Origin: Octopus vulgaris
Taxonomy: Eukaryota
NCBI GenBank assembly: GCA_951406725.2
Contig: OX597825.1
Span: forward strand, 55,738,001 to 55,802,000
DNA length: 64,000 nucleotides
Reading direction: 5' to 3'
Of this stretch, positions 55,261 through 64,000 are shown one piece after another. The first letter of the stretch is position 1; every line of letters starts with the position of its first letter. Under the pieces are notes generated by a model that was given only the letters and a program-made list of their open reading frames with translations, was not told where the DNA came from and did not search any database. A program made the position numbers and the translations under genes.

Positions 55261-55794
55261 CATGCATACATATACGTATGTATGTATACATGTATGTATG
55301 GAAATACACATACGCACATATATTATAAACTAATATAAAATGCAAAGTCACGCTCTCGGTTTTTGAGTTGTTTAGTGTAACTATCTCCGTCACGGAAGTA
55401 GCAGCTACGAGTTAAAGGACTGCATATAATTCAAACTTTTCGAAAGAGGACAATGCAAATATATACATGTGTATACAAAGTATTTTAATAATAACTTTCG
55501 CCCTTTGTTTATATTTTCACCGATATGTATATCGACTTCGTAATTCATATATTCTGGTATTTATTTTCTGATGTGTATATATGCATGTCTCTAGGTATGT
55601 ATACATACATACATATATGCACATATGTATGTGTGTGAATATACAGCCATCCATAGACATATATATACATATGTATACATATATACATATACATATATAT
55701 ATATATGTATATGCATGCATGCATTACACACAACCACACATACAAACACACATACAAACACACATATATATGCTTATATAAATAAACATATAAA

Positions 55795-56170
55795 AAGAAC
55801 AAAATTGGTCTGAGGTTCACTACAGCTGTTTCAGACCTGTTTCTCATTGATGAATAAGCTGACTATATCATGGAAAAAGGAAACATTTTGTTCGAGTGAA
55901 TTCAAGCTTAAAATAAAAAATGAGGTTCAGAACCGATATCAAGATATAGAATGTACGTCGAGACTTCCATTTTGGTAGCAGTGATAGGAATTTATAAAGT
56001 GTTGAAGGAACGGGATATAAGTGCTTTTTTTGTGTAGGACTTTGAAGTACATAAATGCTATAAGTAATAGCATGTAAATGTTGGGTTGAAAACCCCTTTT
56101 CGAATAGGTCGAAGTTTGCGGATGGGAATGGAATCCAGATCTCTTGTAGACATGACAGGCATTCTACCAC
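55795..56170 (-). mobile_element. Penelope-like remnant (C-terminal coding debris plus terminal repeat with degenerate hammerhead)
   Basis: Minus ORF ..KHLYPVP..LYKF..KSRRTFYILISVLN loosely resembles a GIY-YIG C-terminus, followed by TTCA-TCAATGA..GAA-ACAGCTGT-A-GTGAA. Related fragment at about 53150-53205. Confidence 0.4.
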
Positions 56171-56761
56171 TGGATAGAGGCATTCCTTTGAATTTCTTTG
56201 CTCATTGTAGAAACGAATTTCTTACCAGCGGAGATTGTATGTTGTGGGTTCGAGTCTCATGTCTAGTCTTAGTATTTTTGTATCCCAAATGTTTCTTCAA
56301 CCCAATATTTACAAAAGAATTGTGTATGTATGTATGTACGTATGTATGCGTATGTATGTACATTGAAAGTTCATTTGTAGTTTTATTAACTATTATTCAG
56401 CCGCCCATATATATTCTCCATTTTTTAGTATGTATATGTATATAAGCCCATACGCATACACGCCAACACACTTAAACCTTACATACATACAACAACGTAC
56501 ACACACACACATGCATATATATTTATATATAATAGAAAGAGAAGCGTACAACACCGCACAAGGGCATGCATGTATTTTGAGAGAATACAGTTTCCTATGT
56601 CTTGTTTTGTTCCTTTGAAACGTTGCTCTCTGGGCCGTCATTTATTGTGTTGATTTCAAATGTTCTACTTCCACTACCCCTGCTGGCAAAGAATAGATAC
56701 ACACTTCTCCCCACTATTAACACCTCCAAAACCACCACCACCACCACCACCACCACCACCG

Positions 56762-56818
<57 letters not shown>

Positions 56819-56925
56819 GCGAACGTGTGTACACACCAATTTTCCTGCGTGTTATTGCATACATTATCCCACAAATTGAGACAGCGTCTTGTTCGGAAAC
56901 GTTTCCTTTTGTTGCCCACGTGGCA

Positions 56926-56989
<64 letters not shown>

Positions 56990-57020
56990 TAATGATTAAT
57001 AATAATAATAATAATAATAA

Positions 57021-57096
<76 letters not shown>

Positions 57097-57100
<4 letters not shown>

Positions 57101-57587
57101 CGAGGCAGTGGCTCTTATGGCTTCTAATCTTAACTGACTGGGAGTGTTATCATGTACATTGTTTTGTCTTGGTATAAAATATTCTGCTCAGTACCACAGA
57201 TTTGCTTGACAGTTGTTTGACCTTAATAAGTTGAGCATGTCCCTTGATGGCTGACGAAATGTGCATCTCTGAACACGAGCTGAAGTAGTGGGGGAGCATC
57301 ATAGCCATGTGTTGAGAGGGATTCTTTGGGCTTTGAATAATTCACTTCTGGAAATATGGGTGTTTCGTTCAACATCCTTAAATAACCCTTATTCAAAGAC
57401 CTTTTGATTGAGATGGGCTACTCGACCTGAAGAAAATTCTAACTGGGCCCTACCTGCAAGGTCATGCGCTGTTTTCAGGATATGAGATCACCGTGTACCC
57501 TTATCATGATGTAGTCATGATGGATATAATGGGCTTCGTATATTTTACCGCAGTATCGCTTTGTTGGCATGCACTGCTCTCTCACTC
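57097..57587 (+). mobile_element. ~550-bp TAA-associated non-coding element, copy 3 (small internal deletions)
   Basis: Colinear with copy 2 from AGTAC.AGGCAGTGGCTC to CTCACTC; preceded by (AAT)n(AGT)n and followed by (AAT)n. Confidence 0.9.
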
Positions 57588-57600
57588 AATAATAATAATA

Positions 57601-57811
57601 ATGGTTTCAAATTCTAGCACAAGGCCAGAAAGTTCAGAGGTGAGGATAAGTCGATTACTTTGACCCCAGTGCTCAATTGGTACTTATTTTATTGACCCCG
57701 AAAGGATGAAGGGCAAAGTCGACCTCGCCAGCACTTGAACCCAGAACATAAAGATAGGCGAAATGTCGCTAAGCATTTTTTCCGGCGTGCTAACGATTCT
57801 GCCAGCTTGCC
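57601..57811 (-). mobile_element. SINE family A with (ATT)n tail
   Basis: ATGGTTTCAAATT..GACCCCGAAAGGATGAAGGGCAAAGTCGACCTCG..GCTAAGCATTT..GATTCTGCCAGC. Confidence 0.88.
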
Positions 57812-57849
57812 TAATAACAACAACAACAACTACACTAGCACTTTGAAAT

Positions 57850-58265
57850 GCCAACAGAAAAGAGATGGTATAGACTAGGTACAGGACGAAAAAGGTTTCC
57901 GAGAATGACAAAGCGACCATATTGTGGGATATTTCAATAAATACAGGATAATGCACTAGATATCAAAATTCGCCAGGAAAAAATGTCTTCTAATCGACAT
58001 ATCGCTTCCAACAAATTATGATGTATTTCTAAAAGACACGGGAAAATTATCCAGATATCTGGATCTGGATATAGAGATAACCTTTACATGGAGCCTGCAG
58101 ATAGAAACCATCCGCTTAGTAATTGATGCTTTTATAACCCCCACCCCACACGCAAACACATGTTATGACGAATCCCTGACTAGATCTTAAGGACTTATAA
58201 ACGTGCAAATCATATTGCAAAATAGCACTGCTAGGTACCGCACACTTCTGATAGGGAGCTTTTAA
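57850..58265 (+). mobile_element. R4/Dong-like LINE endonuclease remnant
   Basis: TEKRWY..KVSENDKATILWDISINT; CLLIDISLPTNYDVFLKDTGKLSRYLDLDIEITFTW..; KIALLGTAH. Confidence 0.75.
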
Positions 58266-58283
58266 TAAAGAAAAAACAAGCAA

Positions 58284-58445
58284 GCGCAGGAGTGGCTGTG
58301 TGGTAAGTAGCTTGCTTGCCAACCACATGGTTCCGGGTTCAGTCCCACTGCGTGGCACTTTGGGCAAGTGTCTTCTACTATAGCCTCGGGCCGACCAAAG
58401 CCTTGTGAGTGAATTTGGTAGACTGAAACTGAAAGAAGCCCGTCG

Positions 58446-58480
<35 letters not shown>

Positions 58481-58708
58481 ATGTATGTATGTATGTATGT
58501 ATGTATGTATGTATGTATGTATGTGTTTATATGTTTGTGTTTGTCCCCCCCATCGCTGCTTGACAACTGACGCTGATGTGTTTACGTCCCCGTAACTTAG
58601 CGGTTCGATACTAGGCTTACAAAGAATAAGTCCTGGGGTGGATTTGCTCGACTAAAGGCGGTGCTCCAGCGTGGCCACAGTCAAATGACTGAAACAAGTA
58701 AAGAGTAA
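58284..58708 (+). mobile_element. SINE family B, full length, with internal TA/TG/TATG microsatellite
   Basis: GCGCAGGAGTGGCTGTGTGG A box, GGGTTCAGTCC B box, core, and tail TGACTGAAACAAGTAAAGAGT. Confidence 0.93.
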
Positions 58709-58824
58709 GCCTACAACAAGCAACTCTACTAAGAACAGAGCTGCTCTCGATAGTGAAGTGAAATCAGGCAACAAGAATAAGACTTCATAACAATAACAAA
58801 ATCAACCACATCAGCAACAACAAC

Positions 58825-58895
<71 letters not shown>

Positions 58896-59223
58896 CAGCA
58901 GCAGCAATAATTTTCTAACTGTCAATTGTTGATTGACAATGATAAAAAGAAGGTTGCTAAAGGAGTAAATCCGAAGCAAGAAAGTTCTCAGTAGTTGTTA
59001 GTTAACAAACAGCAAAACTCTAAACCTAAATCAAACCTGGAACGAACAGTTAAGGTAGAACCCAATGCAAAAGTATATATACTTTTTAATCGGCAGTGAA
59101 GTTGCCAAAATTGTTTCAAGGGCTGGCAGTTTCATACATAGCATTTATTAAGCATAGTCATGCCTTTGTACATACATACATATAAATATATATGCTTATG
59201 TACATACATATAAATATATATAC

Positions 59224-59256
<33 letters not shown>

Positions 59257-59286
59257 CATATGTACATATACGTATATATATACATA

Positions 59287-59364
<78 letters not shown>

Positions 59365-59489
59365 GTATATTTATATGTATATATCTATATATACGTATAT
59401 GTATCTTAAGGAAAGCAGAAAACGTAATTGGTATTTTTAAGCTTATACGCACGTCTCCCCAAGCCGATTGTCGTTATTACGTTATTATT

Positions 59490-59946
59490 AAAGATGGAGA
59501 CACAGTAGCGTAGAAAAGCTTCACTAAATACATCATGCCATCAATATTCAACTATTTCAAGAAAATGCCCTCTAGTTCTGTCATAAGCTTTCCCTTGTCT
59601 TACAAATTGATAATGTGGAAATACTATAGAATCTTAACTGACAAAGGTACGTCGAAATTGTCAATAATAAACCTGGCATTGTTCTCCTTGAGAAAAATGA
59701 CAATAAGGAATTAATTATCGACACTGCAATGCCAAATAACATATAATGTTGTCTACAAGGGATCTGAAAAATCCAAGGAATTTCGCCGACCTAGTTGTAC
59801 AGCGAAAACATTATAACAGTTCAGTAATGTGTTCATCATCTTAATGTATCATTTGTGCTTTTTATAACTGGAATGACACAATCATTTCTGTAAGAGCAAT
59901 GATAAATTATCTCTAAGGATGGTCATATGCATATTCCAGAAAATAT
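59490..59946 (+). mobile_element. Older R4/Dong-like LINE endonuclease remnant
   Basis: VLQIDNVEIL*N..EIVNNKPGIVLLEKNDNKELIIDTAMPNN (compare NKPDIV..LIIDIA.P). Confidence 0.6.
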
Positions 59947-60470
59947 TGATTTCAAATTTTGGCACAAGGCCAGCAAATTTCGGTGGCAGGAGGAAGACAA
60001 TTACACCGACCCAACGATCAGACGGTGCTTATTTCATCGATCCCGAAAGCACGTAAGGGTAAAGTCGACCAAAGTGGCTTTCAAATTCAGGGCGTAAAGT
60101 CGAAAGAAATGCTGCTAAGCATTTTCTTCGGTACGGCAATGCTTCTGCCAGCATGCCGCTTTGGAGTAAATACGCTATTTGTTTACTGTGAACATATCAA
60201 CGCTTTTTGTCCAGAATGTACCCAATTCTTGTATCAATTGAAGAAAACTATTTTCTCAAGTCATTAATAATTCATTCTACTATGGACAGAGAGCTTGAAA
60301 TTATAAGGGCAGAGGCTTGTCGATTACACAAACTCTAGTGCTCAACTGCAACTTATCTCATCGATCTTAAAGAAAAAAAGATAACCCGGGTCGAATTTCA
60401 ACACAGAACGTAGAGCTGGAAGAGATGTTGCTATTTTGTCCTACGCGCCAACAATTCTGCCGGTTCGCTG
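59947..60470 (-). mobile_element. Two decayed SINE family A copies (about 59947-60160 and 60272-60470)
   Basis: TTTCAAATTTTGGCACAAGGCCAGC, AAAGTCGACC, GCTAAGCATTTT and TTCTGCC landmarks. Confidence 0.7.
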
Positions 60471-60960
60471 CATAATAACGATAACTTCTTTAATTTGCCG
60501 CAGGGGCATTGAATAAAGAGCACATACCAAAAACAAGAGTGAAGAAAAAGACAGAGAAATTATTCATAAAGTATACATCAACTACAAATATATAAATACA
60601 TGAATGTACAGATCTTCTAATACATGAAGACCTTCATCTCGGGCAAATCAGAGAGCTCTGCAGATTCGAGATCATCGTGAACCATCGAGAGCTAGTAACC
60701 TTTCCTAGCTGTTCTTCATTCTACAAGCGAATGCTTAGCCTAATTCCACTCATTGAAACCAATTTTGCTACAGCTACTCACTTTTGACGAATTCACTTCC
60801 TTCGCCACCCTTAATTTTCTCGCCTCGAGAATCAAGAAAAGAAGGCGATGAGAGTGTAACCGAAAACAGTGTCCGTCCTCAATGCTTTCAGCTATGACCA
60901 TCATATATCTTATTCAGCAAACCCACGTGACAGAGTAATATTGCCTGTTCGGCCCTATTA

Positions 60961-62150
60961 TACGAGGGTGGACTGAAAAGTTCATAGGCTGACTGTGATG
61001 CTAGAGCTGTGAAATCTTGCAGGCATTAATTTCAACTCTCATTAATAATTGAATTGTTCCTTTCCAGATGAATTAGCATCGGGTTGTTGATAGAAGATTT
61101 CAAAAGTAATTGGTTTCAACAACAGACATGATGTCATCACCACTGTGATACTGGTTACCAACCAAAATGTTTTCTAATGTTGGGGAGCAAAGGAACGTAA
61201 GATGGGGCCAAATCAGGAAAATAGGGAGGGTGATCAATCAGTTCAAAGCCACAGTCACGCACAGTAGCCATTGAAACCAAGGACTTGTGGTGTTGGATCA
61301 CATTCCTAATGAAACAAGAACAAAGCCCCTTTCGTCAGTTTTCCTAGGTGTTTGGTCTTGATCGCTTTTCATAACTGCCTCAGCAAGTTGGCATAGTACT
61401 TTCCATAGATTGTGTGGCCTTTTGAATATAGTCAACAAATACAATGCCTTTTGGATCCCTCCAAACCGGGGCCATCACGTTCCTTGCATATGACACGACC
61501 TTCACCTTCCACTGCAAGGATTGTCTCTTTGTCTCTGGCTCTAAGAGATGAATCCAACATTCATCCTCCATTAGGAAACGTTCAAGGAAACCAGCTGAAT
61601 CTCCTTCACACAACGGCAGATTTCCCCGTGATGTGATCATCATGGTTCACTTTTGATTAGGCGTCAGAAGTGGAAACCTTCATTCATGCCAAGTTCATTG
61701 TGCAGAATGTTCTCAACTCTTTCATTGGATATTCCAATAGCATTGGCTGTTTGATTTATAGTCAACCGCCTGTCATCCGTCACCATATGGTGAACGCAAT
61801 CAATGTTTTCCTCGATCCAGACCTTGGGTCATATTCTCCCTTCTAACTTCAGCTGTCCACTTTTGCACTATTGATACATCTAGAGCGTCATCTTTAAATG
61901 TATCAATCACGCCAGCATGAATGTCCATTGAGGCTGAACTTTTTTTCTGCAGGTGTTTGACAACATCACAATGCCAAATTTTGTCCATTTTCAAGAGAAA
62001 TCACTACAAGCTACTTTTGAAGCCTTCTTTGCACAGTCAGATGTCAGTATAGTTAGAAGGAAACAATGCAGCTATTAATAAGAGGTGTTTGAAATTAATG
62101 CATGCAAAATTTTACAGCTCTAGCGTCATTCCTTCATCGGCATGAATCTT
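60961..62150 (-). mobile_element. Mariner transposon, near full length, with pseudogenised transposase
   Basis: TIR TA-CGAGGGTGGACTGAAAAGTTCATAGGCTGAC. Minus strand reads MKMDKIWH..VQKW, DDRRLTI, FLMEDECWIHLLEPETKRQSLQWK, GIVFVDY and GFELIDHPPYFPDLAPS (YSPDLAP motif). Other TIR degenerate. Confidence 0.92.
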
Positions 62151-62779
62151 TTTCGTGATGGTCGACCATTAGCCGAATCCATCCTACAAGTGGTAATGGT
62201 TGTTGGACATCAGTGAGGAATAGCTGGACACTGCATGAGCATGTGCAGAAAGATTTCGTCGCTCAGGATGTATTTTTAACAGTACCATTTGTAGAGTTTC
62301 ACTCAAGCAGTACTCCTCGGTAGCATTTATTGCCAGGTAAAAACACTTCCGGAGGCTACTCATAATAATTTCCGGTTAAAATCTCTTCCCGAACATTTCA
62401 CTTAGTTTTTCGTCGATGTCTAGAATTTCCCCAAAGATACCGTCGCTCAACCTCACTTCCAGACTTATAAATATAGCTAAGTGGAGTTTCCCTAGGCTAC
62501 CTTACTCAACTGGTAGACGGCAATGAGTACTGGACCATATTTTAGAAATGTTTCATTGTCTTTCTTTTTTTTCTATTTTTATTTATTTACTGTTTTTGCT
62601 ACATTGGCTTCGGGTGGGGTCGTAAATTACAACGATAAATTTTTTCAAAATGGAAAAAAGTGGCATGGAAAATATATATATTCCAGCAAAAGACAGTGAT
62701 CGAAAGAAGACCCTACACATCGAAGATTTCTCTTATAACCATAAGAACAATAGCTCCTCCCAGCTGATACTGTTGTTGT

Positions 62780-63330
62780 TGTTATTTAAGTCTAGATTGG
62801 CCCTGATCCAGTAGAATTATGGTCACAAGTATTTGATAATAATAATATCATTGTCACGGTTATTATTGTTTAACACCAGGTCAGCTCTGATCCAGCAGAA
62901 TTATCCTCAGAAGAACTTTTTCTTAAGACTAACCCAGTTCTGATCCTGCACACTTCTGATAAAAATTTATCGATGATGCTGTTATTCTTGTTTCTGCTGT
63001 CATTGTTGATGATGATGATGTTTAGCCCCAGGTCAGCCTTGATCCAGCAGAATTATGATCAAATGTGATTTTTGTGGATCCAATACAACCAAAAGAGATT
63101 ATAACGGTGGCAATATAATTTACCTCTAAACTAGAGTTGGTCCATCAAAACTGACAACAAACATTCCATCTATGACCAATCCAACGTTTTACGTTACATA
63201 TAGTGTTATATAGGCGATACATTTATCCAAATTGTTTCTCATTTCTTAAGACGTTACGGTGCGATTTAAGACAGATTTCTGTTGCTACTGTGTCTATGAT
63301 ATGATGCGATCACGTTGAGTCTCTCTGGTT
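62780..63330 (+). repeat. Locally amplified head of an old dispersed repeat (4 copies)
   Basis: CCAGGTCAGCC.TGATCCAGCAGAATTAT-like unit near 62790, 62875, 62935 and 63025; downstream part loosely resembles 5590-5690. Confidence 0.6.
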
Positions 63331-63369
63331 ACTGTTGCTGTTGTTTACATGTGTTAATATTACAATTAC

Positions 63370-63429
<60 letters not shown>

Positions 63430-64000
63430 AATCTCCACCTCCCCTCCTCCTCCTCCGCTACCCCTCCCCTGATGATGTCATAGAAGCAACCTGATTTCCA
63501 AGTTATTGATTATTTGCAGAGCAACAAGTCAAAAGATTTTTACCGTTTTTCCTTCCTTTTTTCGATATTTTATGAAGAATTTCCTAAATAAAATATGATA
63601 ATGTATATTTTCTTCTTCCACTTTACCATTCTTTTCTTACACTCCATTTCGCTCTCTCTCTCTCTCTCTCTCTCGCTCATCTCTCTCTCTCGCTCATCCT
63701 CTCTCTCTCGCTCATCCTCTCTCTCTCATCCCCCTTCTCTCTCATACTCTCTCTCATTTTCTCTCTTTGTCTCTCTCTCTATTTCTTTACTTTTTCTTTT
63801 TACTTTTGTCTATGTATATTTATTTGTACGTGAGTATGTATGTGTTTGTGTGTGTGTAGGAACGTATGGAGATAGGTATGTATGTGTGATATAATATATG
63901 TATAAGTGTGTTCGTGTGTGTGTATATCCGTGTTTCTGTAAATGTATAGCATGTGCGTCGATTTCTGTCGCTACTTAACAATGACCGCGTATGTCTATCA

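Noticed and set aside
60490-60950. Possible L1/Tx1-type LINE 3' remnants (also about 2330-2600 and 51050-51540)
   Set aside because: Only a vague resemblance with no diagnostic motif; needs a profile search.

Overview
AT-rich eukaryotic non-coding DNA saturated with microsatellites and transposon debris. The repeat content (several tRNA-headed SINE families, extreme TA/CATA/TAGA/TAA/CA tracts) suggests an octopus or other coleoid cephalopod intron or intergenic region; the organism is an inference. I found no intact host gene, and nearly all listed ORFs are microsatellite translations. Recognisable elements are two mariner remnants, a Tc1 with a nested retroposon (13-bp TSD), a hAT transposase pseudogene, two MITEs, a non-autonomous Helitron, an internally deleted Gypsy LTR element, five R4/Dong-like LINE remnants and about 20 SINE copies. 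Two unexplained patterns stand out. (1) About a dozen minimal type-I hammerhead-ribozyme-like motifs with palindromic stem III, mostly in short fold-back elements near (TA)n tracts and in two cases next to Penelope-like coding debris. (2) A ~550-bp non-coding element present three times, always inside (TAA)n tracts and in the same polarity as the Dong-like LINE 3' ends. All coordinates, alignments and folds were read by eye; boundaries of decayed elements are approximate.
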